Shown here in pieces: positions 12,017 to 21,408 of a DNA stretch of 64,000 nucleotides. The DNA is from a virus. Both the position numbers and the translations under genes were made by a program. Below the pieces are notes generated by a model. It had not been told where the DNA came from and searched no databases. It saw only the letters and a program-made list of their open reading frames with translations. The stretch covers positions 1 to 64,000 of IMG/VR virus record IMGVR_UViG_3300042691_015370; one strand, given 5' to 3'. Each line of letters begins with the position of its first letter. Position 1 is the stretch's first letter.

Positions 12017-12583
12017 ATGAAGAAGATTGTTATTGGACTCCTTGTTGCAGTGAGCCTTATTGCTGTTGGTTGTAACGAGCAAAAGGATAACGCAACGGAG
12101 CGTGATACCAAGACTGCAAGTGAGCAGTTGCGGCAGTTCCAAGAGGCACAGCCTGTCCCAATCTTTAACAGTTCACAGCTTCGGCAGAACTTGATTGAGA
12201 TTCAGACTGCACAGGCTAACGCCACTGCAACTACGACCTTCTTCTTTAATCAGGGCGTCACTGACCCTATCCATTCCTGCCCCAGCATTGGCTTCCCAAT
12301 CCCCGGCAGCTACCAATTGACCAACCCTGAGGGTGTGCAGCGTATTGGTGGCGGTAGTAGCTGGGAGCGCTTTGCCTTGCCGCAGCTTGAGGCTACTGGC
12401 GTTTACACCGGCGATACCACCGGCACCACCGTGATTTGTGTTGACGAGGACGGTAAGGGTTATGCCCACTGGTGGGAAGGCTTTGTATCCACCGTTGCTG
12501 GTCCTGCTGAGTGGAATACCGAAACCAAGCAGGTTGAGATGACTGGTGCTCCTAGCGCAGAGTTCAGCACTGGCGAGAAGTAA
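12017..12583 (+). CDS. Lipoprotein, partner of the upstream membrane protein
   Basis: MKK, hydrophobic stretch and AVGC lipobox; G.PIP...QLTNP motif. Confidence 0.8.
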   Translation: MKKIVIGLLVAVSLIAVGCNEQKDNATERDTKTASEQLRQFQEAQPVPIFNSSQLRQNLIEIQTAQANATATTTFFFNQGVTDPIHSCPSIGFPIPGSYQLTNPEGVQRIGGGSSWERFALPQLEATGVYTGDTTGTTVICVDEDGKGYAHWWEGFVSTVAGPAEWNTETKQVEMTGAPSAEFSTGEK

Positions 12584-12669
12584 TGTCATACTGGATGGAA
12601 GTCGCTTTATGGACTCTTGTCTTTCTGACATTCTTTACGTTCGGCTTTCTAGCTGGGCGTAGACGCTGA

Positions 12670-13033
12670 TTGAATCTCCACTGACCCGGTGGAGTGCGCC
12701 TTGACTGTTATTCTTGTGCGCGTTACTGATAAGTTAATTCCATCTCTGCCAAATACCGACCTAGAAGTCGGAGGGCGGTTATCCGCTAGTGGTGATGGTG
12801 ATACGAAACAGTAAGGTAGGGAAGTACAACCTGCTGGGTAAGTTCTCCCCATTGCATGAGGCGTGTCCCGCACCTTATGTATATGTGCCTAGCTCTTGGG
12901 AAGAGCGAATTGACAGGCAGGGGCGTAAGTACCTTTGGTCCCATAACGCACGGTACAGGTGACAAGCTCGTAAAGCTAACGAGAGCCAACGCATCCATGC
13001 ACTAGCTAGTCATATGGATGGTGGTTGGCACAT
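12670..13033 (+). ncRNA. Candidate large structured non-coding RNA
   Basis: No + strand ORF of 60 aa or more in an otherwise fully coding arm; about 10 helices foldable by hand; ends flush with tRNA-Tyr. Confidence 0.6.
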
Positions 13034-13115
13034 GGGGGTGTCGCATAGCGGCAATTGCAATTGGCTGTAAACCAATCGCCTTCGGGCTTCGTAGGTTCGA
13101 GTCCTACCACCCCCA
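13034..13115 (+). tRNA. tRNA-Tyr(GTA)
   Basis: GGGGGTG/CACCCCC, ATTGG-CTGTAAA-CCAAT, long V-arm GCC-TTCG-GGC, GTAGG-TTCGAGT-CCTAC. Confidence 0.95.
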
Positions 13116-13117
13116 CT

Positions 13118-13345
13118 ATGGAAACAATAGTAGAAGCAATTCCAGTAATATTCATCATTTGCGCTGTCATCTTTGGATTTCTAGTGGCAAGACATTTCAT
13201 TAAGGATGCCGGAACCCCTCTAGACACAGAGACTGCGGCCATGTCAGTGGCGGTGTTCTTTGTGAGTGGCTTTATGTGGTGGTTCTTTGTGCCGCTACTG
13301 GCACTAGGCTTTCTTGTGAAGTTGGTAGTGAACCGGGTTAGGTAA
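13118..13345 (+). CDS. Small membrane protein
   Basis: Two hydrophobic segments; ATG immediately after the tRNA. Confidence 0.6.
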   Translation: METIVEAIPVIFIICAVIFGFLVARHFIKDAGTPLDTETAAMSVAVFFVSGFMWWFFVPLLALGFLVKLVVNRVR

Positions 13346-13654
13346 TGAACATTAACCTACTGATCACGCTGATCAAATGGGATTGGAACTTGCGTAATAC
13401 TCGTGAGCAGAGCTTCAATGAATGGCTGAATAAGCTAGATACCTTGCTTCTTGGGGATTGAACATGAGTGAGCTAACTGCTCAAGAGGAATATGAAGGTC
13501 CATCAAAAAAGCAAGCAGTGCTAGCGCAGATCATTGCTAGGCGTTACCATGATAACGCTCGCCGGGGCAATGTTGAAGCGCAACGTCAGTCTGCTGCACA
13601 GTATAGATGGGCACGATGGTCATACCAAAATTGGATTCATACGGAGGATAACTG

Positions 13655-14020
13655 ATGGGTCGGAGTCCTAGCGCATATTTGTATTACGGTTTCACTGTTG
13701 GTAATCAGGATGATGGCGGCGAGCCTGATTGGGTAGACGATTTCACATGGGGCGAAAACAAGGGTATGCCCGATGGGTGTGATTACAGTTATGCTGGCGT
13801 CATTGATTACCCTCAGAGTTTCTTTTACATCAAGGAATTGTCGGTCAATTCTTACTGGGGTGACAAAGAGATCCCATCAGAGTTCGTTGAGCGTGGCTTC
13901 ACGGTCACGCCGGAACAGGAAGCACTGATTCAGCGTTGTCGTGAACTCTGCATTGAGCGATCCGATGATCCAGATGAGGTTGGACAGGTTGGCTGGCACA
14001 TAGCGGCCAATTACGGCTAA
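13655..14020 (+). CDS. Hypothetical protein
   Basis: GGAGG RBS; tiling. Confidence 0.7.
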   Translation: MGRSPSAYLYYGFTVGNQDDGGEPDWVDDFTWGENKGMPDGCDYSYAGVIDYPQSFFYIKELSVNSYWGDKEIPSEFVERGFTVTPEQEALIQRCRELCIERSDDPDEVGQVGWHIAANYG

Positions 14021-14027
14021 AGATTTG

Positions 14028-14111
14028 GCCGGTGTGGTGGAACGGTATACACAGGACACTCAAAATGTCCCGGCGCAAGCCATACGGGTTCGAATCCCGT
14101 CACCGGTACCA
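14028..14111 (+). tRNA. tRNA-Leu(CAA), CCA encoded
   Basis: GCCGGTG/CACCGGT-A-CCA, GGACA-CTCAAAA-TGTCC, V-arm GGC-GCAA-GCC, ACGGG-TTCGAAT-CCCGT. Confidence 0.95.
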
Positions 14112-14183
14112 TGACCCCCAGCCCCTCATACCTTTAGAGGGGTTCTCGGCATCAGCAACCAACAACCATTAGGCTGGGGGTCA
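14112..14183 (+). ncRNA. Small structured RNA between tRNAs
   Basis: Perfect 12-bp terminal stem TGACCCCCAGCC/GGCTGGGGGTCA; internal CCCCTC/GAGGGG alternative pairing. Confidence 0.45.
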
Positions 14184-14189
14184 GCACTA

Positions 14190-14271
14190 GGGCCGGTATC
14201 CGGGGCGAGCTTATACCTCGTGCATCATAATCCCGGTAATGTGCATGTGAGTTCAAGTCTCACCCGGCCCA
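14190..14271 (+). tRNA. Non-canonical tRNA-Ile(TAT)-like gene: no D-arm, long V-arm, predicted pseudoknot
   Basis: GGGCCGG/CCGGCCC-A acceptor, T8A9, GCGAG-CTTATAC-CTCGT anticodon arm, GTGAG-TTCAAGT-CTCAC T-arm. Confidence 0.8.
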
Positions 14272-14290
14272 CTGCAAGGAGGAAAGAACG

Positions 14291-16637
14291 ATGAAAAGTC
14301 CAGAAGAAGTTATTGCAGCAGTTGAGATCATGCACTGCGGTGATGGAGAGAACACCTACGACTACATGGAGCCGTTGGGTGTCGATGATGCCCGTAGAAT
14401 TATTCAAGCTCTCAAAGAGGTTGGATACAGGTTGGTAGCTCCAGAAGTGTGCGATCACTGTGGCGAACTTGAACCAACAGGCTTCAAGTGCTGCGATGAT
14501 TGTTCTAATAGACTTGCGGCAGAGTTTGCAGTAGAGGATGGGGTAACAGATGGGGATGTTTGATTACATCAGTTTTGAAGATCCGCTACCTGATTTCCCT
14601 GTGAAGGTGATCACATCTGGCGGGGCATGTCCACAGACCAAGAGCTTTGACTTTCCGGCCATGGACACATACATCGTGCGTGATCACAAACTCTATCGAC
14701 ACGTTAAGGTGTATGTTGGTACTGGTAAGTTTGAGCAGTGGCGTGCAGGCAAGTACGATCTTGGTACTCGTGAAGTTATGGAAATTGACTCAGAGTATGA
14801 TGTGCAGGTTCTGTATCACGGTGATCTCGACCTGTCATGCACTACTGAAGATGACCAGTACGTAAGACTTGTTGCCAGATTCACTGATGGTGTTTTGCAA
14901 TGGATCAAGAAAGAAGAGGATGTGACCTATGAGCGACGAGATTGATGTGAAGTCCTTTGCACAGCCCGTAAGGCTGGATGATGAACCTGAGTTCACCCCC
15001 GAGGAACTGGCACATCACGACTACAATAACCATGAGGGTAAGAAGCTGGTGCCCAAGTTCAAGCCTCAGTACATTTGGAGCTTCGATCACACGCTCGCAG
15101 CTTTCATCGACATGGGTTTGACCGAGATCATGCGATACCCTTACAACTACCCCGAGGATGAGATCAAGCGTGCCCGAGATGCTTTCCGGGCCTACGCTAC
15201 CAAGGATGAGGGTGAGTTTGATCCCGCCCGAGGCTTTGTGTTTGAGAACATCAACTCTCCCGAATACGCTGAGACGATGTGGGCATTCGATTGGTTGAAG
15301 GAACACTTCACCGGACTTTGGACATAGGAGACAGATATGAGACTGAAGGAATATGTGGACACGCTGAGCTTGATGCCGCTGAAGATGCCGGTCAAGTTCG
15401 CTAACGGAGATAACGTCGGTCCATTGACTACGTGGCGTGGTGACTACCGAAAGGTCACGATTCCGGTGTGCGATTACACCGTCATGTCGGTGGCAGAGCT
15501 TTTGGTTGATGCCGCTGAAGTCATGAACGGTCGAGAGATGATCGGATACAAGGGTGGAGAGTTCTACATGAACGAGAACACTCCAGTCTACGCAGATGAT
15601 TATGGTCAGTGTACATACGAGGTTCCGGCAGGGATCGTTGTTGCTGGAGACACTGTGATCATTGCAACATACAATGTTGCTGAATACGTGGAGTGGATGT
15701 AATGAGTTGGTGGGCACACCTTGAGTGCAAGTCATGCGGCGGAACAGATGGCGAGAACGGTTACAGAGAGTGGAATTACACCCATAACTGCAACGGCATG
15801 GCAAATACTGTGCTGGATGAGTCTGGGTTTGAGCGTCCACCTCGCAAGGGCATTTCTGACATGAAGGAGTCTTGGTGGGCTATCCTGAATGGCATGGAGG
15901 GTCCAGAGGGCGCAGCAATGCTGAACACGATCGTGCGAGGTATTGAAGCTGACCCTGTGCGGTTCGGTTCCATGAACCCTGACAATGGTTGGGGGGACAG
16001 AGATAGTTTTGTTAAGGTGCTGCGTGCAATGCGTGACGCTGTGCCTGAGACTCCTACAGTTTGGAGAACATCGGGATGAGTAAGGTAGATGAAGCCGTTG
16101 AGAATCTTATTGAGGTTCTCGTTGAGGAATATAAGACTCCCCCCAAGCGAATGGTGCGCATTGATGGATATGTGTACTGCGGTGTTGAGGGCTGTGTCCA
16201 TGAAGATACGATGGACCCGTTTGGATACGGTGGTAACACCAACTGCGTTAAGTCAGAGCATCGACCCATTTTCGCCTACACTCGTAAGTGGGATACGCCG
16301 GGGGAGAACCTGTGAATCTCGTGGAAGCATATACAGCGCTACTGTGGATTGTTATGGTTATTATCACCGTAGTTCTTAGCTATCTGATTGGTCGCTTGCA
16401 TGGATCAATAGCTGAAAGGAAAAAGCAGTGACTGAAACTACATGGGACACTGACGAAGTTGAGCGATGGATCGACAACGACGAAGGTATCTACAATACTT
16501 TCCACAGCCCAACCGGAAGATTCCATGGTTCTGCCGTGGAACTTCGCAACTTCTTCACTGAGTTTCCGATTGAGGGCGTAGACTTGGAAGAGGTTGACTG
16601 GGATCAGATTGTTGAAGATATGAGCGTGGAGGATTAG
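14291..16637 (+). other. Run of hypothetical genes (14291-14563, 14550-14945, 14929-15327, 15337-15702, 15702-16079, 16076-16315, 16428-16637)
   Basis: Tiled ORFs with recurring phage motifs such as MGMFDY, GYKGG.F and NYT.N...NGWG. Confidence 0.7.
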
Positions 16638-16798
16638 GTACTGTCTGATCATTGGTGTGAGAGGTGCGGCGAGAAGTTTCAGCCGCTTCAAGCTAACTAC
16701 CACAACGGATTTGATGCAGACACTCTCTGCTCAGACTGTTGTGACCTTGCTAATGAGGAACAGTTTTACCTCAACGAAGTTCAAAGGTGTGGTGGCGA

Positions 16799-17269
16799 AT
16801 GATTGAGGTTATTGAACAGAACTTGCTAGAGATTCAGCGAGGCATTATCTGCCATCAAGTTAACACAAACGGTGTCATGGGTGCTGGGATTGCGTTGCAA
16901 ATCGCTCAGATGTACCCTCAGGTGCTGGATGAGTACCAGACGATGTGTCTAGAGTTCTTTGATGACGAACTGCTTGGTAAGGCTCAGATCATACAAGTTG
17001 ACGATGAGCTTTATGTAGCCAACCTGTTTGCACAGAGACTAGGGCGCACCAAGTACGGGCGAGCGACACTGTATGATCCCACCACAATGGCGTGGGACGA
17101 GGTATATCAATCCGCCTACGATCTAGGGTTCTGTGGATTCAACACCGCAGTGATTGATGTGTACATGCCATACATGATGGGATGTGGGCTTGGTGGTGGT
17201 GAATGGGACATCTACTCAACCATTGTTGACGTTCACTGCCCCGGAGTCATTGCCTGCAAACTTGTTTAG
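16799..17269 (+). CDS. Macrodomain protein (Poa1p/DarG-like ADP-ribose processing)
   Basis: ICHQVNTNGVMGAGIALQI...YP, VANLFAQ, MP..MGCGLGGGEW. Confidence 0.9.
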   Translation: MIEVIEQNLLEIQRGIICHQVNTNGVMGAGIALQIAQMYPQVLDEYQTMCLEFFDDELLGKAQIIQVDDELYVANLFAQRLGRTKYGRATLYDPTTMAWDEVYQSAYDLGFCGFNTAVIDVYMPYMMGCGLGGGEWDIYSTIVDVHCPGVIACKLV

Positions 17270-17801
17270 TTCAGCGGCAAAACCGAAACTAAGAAAACGA
17301 CAATAGGAGCAGTTATGACAACAGTAGAGATTGCCCCACCAAGTGCCAGAGAGCTTCTGCTCTTGGCAGAGATTGACCGATTTCTCACCGTGATCGGAGC
17401 GAGCGAGCGTTCCCTTGTCTCATCTTCAGACGTTGTGGACTTCGCTCTCGACCTTCGCAGGATTATTGACAACAACTAGCCAACTTGTGCTAGAGTTCAG
17501 GAAACAGGGAGTTAAACATGGAAACGCAGGAAAAGAAGTTGTGGTGTACTGTATCTATTCTGCCCAGTGAGCAGTTGCCGATGGAGATTTTCGAGAGCAA
17601 GGCAGACGCATATACTTTCAAGTCAGAGCATCCTCTCGGCAAGTATATGTCCGTCATTAGATACAACCGTGTCGAAGGGGAGACGTACTCCAAGTACAGT
17701 GATGAAGATGACTAAAGGAGACTGAGAGTGCCATCTTCCCCCGCCCACTTCAGTACTCTATTCGCATAGCTGAAGCCAATGATACGTACCCTAAGTGGTC
17801 A

Positions 17802-18122
17802 TTGGGTGCCACTATTGTACGTGGTGGCAACGTGCTAGCTGTTGGGCAGTCACGATTGAACTGCAATCCCGGTTGGTGCGACTTTGATCAGCCCGGTATC
17901 CGTGAGCGTGTATCCCTGCACGCTGAAGAATCAGCCTTGCGACGATGTGGCAATGCACGCAGAGCTAGCGTGTACGTTGCACGCATTGGTCGTAACGGTA
18001 GAATTGGGTTGGCGAAGCCGTGCAAGCGTTGTCGTAAGCTACTGATTGAGGCTGGTGTTCGGCGGGTGATTTACACCGTTGATCCAACCACCTACTCTGT
18101 GTGGACGCCTTATGATGACTGA
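17802..18122 (+). CDS. Zn-dependent cytidine/dCMP deaminase-fold protein (5' end apparently frameshifted)
   Basis: HAE and PCxxC motifs; GA.IV.GG.VLAVG; AGVRRVIY. Confidence 0.85.
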   Translation: MGATIVRGGNVLAVGQSRLNCNPGWCDFDQPGIRERVSLHAEESALRRCGNARRASVYVARIGRNGRIGLAKPCKRCRKLLIEAGVRRVIYTVDPTTYSVWTPYDD

Positions 18123-18415
18123 CGATATTGATGATATCGTTGAGCGAGTAAGAATGTGTGTAGCTGAGGCTGGTTATGATCCCATTTGGATCACACCAAT
18201 GCCGCCAGAAGCTCAAGAGCAGGGCTTTTACTTCGCTAACGAATACATGATGATTCCACATGATGTATGCTGGAGAGCACGAGAAATTGCCCTAGTAGGT
18301 GAACCCAAGTGCTTTAGCTGTTCGACTAGACACCTGAAGATGATCAAGCATAAAGAATGCAGAGCAGTACGACGACTTGAGTTGAACTGCGGCGCATACG
18401 AAGACAAGGAGACAA

Positions 18416-20461
18416 ATGATCCCCACGAAGCCTGATGTGAAGGCAAACATTCACGGTCTGGAGACTCAGCAGTTCACCATCAAGGTGAACAACAAGAGTT
18501 TCCGGGTCCTGCTGGATGGCTTGTACACTGACAAGCCCCAGTCCATTATCCGAGAGCTTTGGACCAACGCTCTTGATTCCCATGTTGCTGCCGGTGTGGC
18601 CGATGAGCCGTTCCACTGCCAGCTTCCCACCTACATCGACCCTACCTTCACCGTTCGTGACTACGGCACGTCGATGGATCATCAGACTGTGATGAACGTC
18701 TACACGTCGTTGTTCGATTCGGACAAGGAAGATACCAACGAGCAGACCGGGTGTCTTGGACTTGGTTCCAAGTCTCCCTTCTCATACACTGACGCATTCG
18801 ACGTCTTTGCCTACTCTGGCACCGAGAAGCGGTTCTACCTCGCTGCGATGAATGATGATGGTATCCCTACCATTACTCACCTCAAGTCTGAGCCATGCGG
18901 TGATCCTCGTGGCATTGAGGTGCGGTTCCCGGTACAGACCCTCCATGTCACAGACTTCCAGCGTGCAGCCACCAAGGTTGCTATTGGCTTCGATGTCCGT
19001 CCCACCATTGTCGGTGGCGATGTTGAGCCTCCTGACGCAATCTTTGAGGCTGAGACGTTCCGTATCATGGCTCCGAACTCTTACATCGGTTCGGATCGTG
19101 GCTACGTTCGTCAGGGTCCGGTTGTCTACCCCATCCCCTACCAGTTCTTCCACAATCTGGATGAGGATGTCCGTTATCTGATTCAGGACGGTCACTCCTT
19201 CATTGTGGACGTGCCGATTGGTAGCGTTGAGTTCACCGCTAGCCGTGAGGCTTTGCAGTTGACCGATGCAACTACCAAGTACCTGACCACCGCTGTCAAT
19301 GAAGCCTTTCGTGATGTGCGAGAGACTGCCCTTGCTGACATCAAGGAGCAGGACTCGTACATGAACGCCTACAAGTCCTACAACGCTTGGGGCGAGTTCC
19401 TGCGACTTGGTGACATTGAGGCTCATGGCCGGATGATCTACGCCAATAAGACTGGTTTGATCCCGATCCTTAACAATGGCCCGATTCCCAAGATCATGCG
19501 TTCCGGTAGTCGTGGTCTGAGCGAGGTGTCGTGGTCGAGCAACGGTGAGATCTTCTTCAAGATTGATGACATTCCCAACATGCGGTTTGTGATCGACTCA
19601 CCGGCGATCAAGGCTCCCCGCAAGCGTAAGCGCTTCATGGAGTTCGCCAAGAAGAACAAGCTTGCCTACTGGCTGCACCATCCCACTGGCGAAGAGATCA
19701 TTCGTCTGATGCGACTCCTTGATCTGGACCGTGACCAGTTCATGAAGGTGTCTGATCTGGACGATGTTGATCCTCCTGAGCGTGACACTTACTCGTCCAG
19801 CACTGGCCGCAGCGTTGCGTCTGGTCTGTACAGCGTTGCTCTGCGACCCAGCAGTGTCGGTGATTTTCCGATCACTGACCGACCCTCTGAGATTCCTGAG
19901 GGTACGTCGTACTACTGGATGCCGATTGACAAGGCTATCGCCAGCGAGCAGATTTACCTTGAGGGTCTGAGCTACGTGCGCTTTGATGATCGTCAGAACT
20001 TGAAGATGTTCTTGCGACCACTGCACGCCTTCGGTGAGTACCGTCCAGTCTATCTGATGACGCCTCGTGCTCAGAAGAAGTACAGCCCAGACGACAATGA
20101 TCGTCTGGATGTTGCCTTCAAGGCAGTGATTCGGGATAACGCAGAGACTATCTGTGATATGCTGGAGATTCCTCGTTCGATGGACTTCGGTTACAACCGT
20201 TATGGTCGATCAATCATCGAGAAGATGGTTGCGAGCCATGATGGTTTCGATGAGGATTTGTGCAGTCTGGTTGTGCGATTCAAGCACACATTCAAGGACC
20301 TTGGGTTTGAGGATGCAGTTGCTCGTCGTGAGATTGTGGTCACGGATATCAAGGCTAAGTACCCTATGGTGTTCAATCCAGATGATCACGATGTGAAGCA
20401 GTACATCGAACTCATCGACTTTTTGGAAGAAGCAAACAACAACAAGGAGGATGGTAACTAA
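18416..20461 (+). CDS. rIIA: RIIA-like protein (GHKL ATPase N-terminus)
   Basis: LY.DK...IRELWTNALDSH, VRDYG, G.LGLGSKSPFSYTD; directly upstream of rIIB. Confidence 0.9.
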   Translation: MIPTKPDVKANIHGLETQQFTIKVNNKSFRVLLDGLYTDKPQSIIRELWTNALDSHVAAGVADEPFHCQLPTYIDPTFTVRDYGTSMDHQTVMNVYTSLFDSDKEDTNEQTGCLGLGSKSPFSYTDAFDVFAYSGTEKRFYLAAMNDDGIPTITHLKSEPCGDPRGIEVRFPVQTLHVTDFQRAATKVAIGFDVRPTIVGGDVEPPDAIFEAETFRIMAPNSYIGSDRGYVRQGPVVYPIPYQFFHNLDEDVRYLIQDGHSFIVDVPIGSVEFTASREALQLTDATTKYLTTAVNEAFRDVRETALADIKEQDSYMNAYKSYNAWGEFLRLGDIEAHGRMIYANKTGLIPILNNGPIPKIMRSGSRGLSEVSWSSNGEIFFKIDDIPNMRFVIDSPAIKAPRKRKRFMEFAKKNKLAYWLHHPTGEEIIRLMRLLDLDRDQFMKVSDLDDVDPPERDTYSSSTGRSVASGLYSVALRPSSVGDFPITDRPSEIPEGTSYYWMPIDKAIASEQIYLEGLSYVRFDDRQNLKMFLRPLHAFGEYRPVYLMTPRAQKKYSPDDNDRLDVAFKAVIRDNAETICDMLEIPRSMDFGYNRYGRSIIEKMVASHDGFDEDLCSLVVRFKHTFKDLGFEDAVARREIVVTDIKAKYPMVFNPDDHDVKQYIELIDFLEEANNNKEDGN

Positions 20462-20463
20462 CC

Positions 20464-21408
20464 ATGACTTCAAAGTACCCTAGCATCATGAGTCCTCGGA
20501 CTCTTTCTGTCATCATTGATGGTGACACCTACCATGTCAATCGTCCCGATGAGGACGGTGACACTACCCATTGGGACCGTGTAAAGGCGGCTCTCAATGA
20601 TCCAACCATCACCGACGAAGAGATGTTGCGACTCGTCTCCCCGGCACGAGCAGTGCAGAATGCTCTTGATAACATCACCGATGATGTCAAGGATGTGTAT
20701 GCTGCTGCTGGTCTGGTGCGTCTTGAGGGCGGTGTTCTCTACTTCGATGACGAAGAGGTGAACAACACTCTGTCTGAGCGTATCATTGACATTCTCAATG
20801 AGGGTCTGGATGTGTTGCCGTGGATCAAGTTTGCGGATAACGTGTTCAAGAACCCTGCGCCATTCTCACGAGATGAGCTTTACCTTTTCTTGGAGAATGC
20901 CAACCTTCCCATCACTGAGGATGGTTGCTTCTTGGCGTACAAGAATGTCCGCAATGATTACAAGGACATCAACAGCGGCACGTTCGACAACAGCATCGGT
21001 GCTATCTGCGAGATGCCCCGAGAGGAAGTTGACCCCGATAGGTACCGCACCTGCTCGGCTGGTCTGCACTTCTGCTCCAAGGACTACCTCCCGCACTTCA
21101 GTCACTACGCTGGTGGTCACACGATGGTCGTGAAGATCAATCCGACCGACGTGGTGTCTATCCCTGCTGACTACAACAACAGCAAGGGCCGCTGCTGGCG
21201 CTACGAGGTGGTCGGTGAGATCCCCACCACCCGTGCTCAGACTCACCGCTGGAAGCCTCTGGTGGACGCTGAGTGGACCGCTGAGGTCACTGACCCTCAG
21301 TGGGATGAGCCTGAGGGTGTGACGGTGGCTGAGATTGAGGATGTCGCCCCAACAGCCCCGGAGCAGAAGAAGGGTAACCGCTTCAAGAAGTGGCTGCGCC
21401 GCAACTGA
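20464..21408 (+). CDS. rIIB: RIIB-like protein
   Basis: LPITEDGCFLAYK.V..DYKD..SG.FDNSIG...EMPR..VD.DR..TCS.GLH, K.NP.DVVSIP.DYNNSKGR..RYEVVGE. Confidence 0.93.
   Translation: MTSKYPSIMSPRTLSVIIDGDTYHVNRPDEDGDTTHWDRVKAALNDPTITDEEMLRLVSPARAVQNALDNITDDVKDVYAAAGLVRLEGGVLYFDDEEVNNTLSERIIDILNEGLDVLPWIKFADNVFKNPAPFSRDELYLFLENANLPITEDGCFLAYKNVRNDYKDINSGTFDNSIGAICEMPREEVDPDRYRTCSAGLHFCSKDYLPHFSHYAGGHTMVVKINPTDVVSIPADYNNSKGRCWRYEVVGEIPTTRAQTHRWKPLVDAEWTAEVTDPQWDEPEGVTVAEIEDVAPTAPEQKKGNRFKKWLRRN

Noticed and set aside
12670-13033. tmRNA, RNase P RNA or group I intron
   Set aside because: No GGGG…TCCACCA alanyl acceptor with T-arm, no GAGGAAAGTCC, no recognisable P7 core, and no interrupted gene.
13018-13203. 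ORFs overlapping tRNA-Tyr
   Set aside because: The region is explained by the tRNA; the real CDS starts at 13118.
14905-15840. Long antisense ORFs (e.g. 14905-15840, 8260-9075, 856-1491)
   Set aside because: They are shadows of codon-biased + strand genes, with no motifs or RBS.
16635-16802. Amber (TAG) recoding, suggested by in-frame coding-like sequence after TAG at 16635 and 42338
   Set aside because: DnaE, vWA and the macrodomain end normally at TAG, long genes contain no internal TAG, and no suppressor tRNA was seen. The 16641 ORF has GGAGG 7-8 nt before a CTG start.
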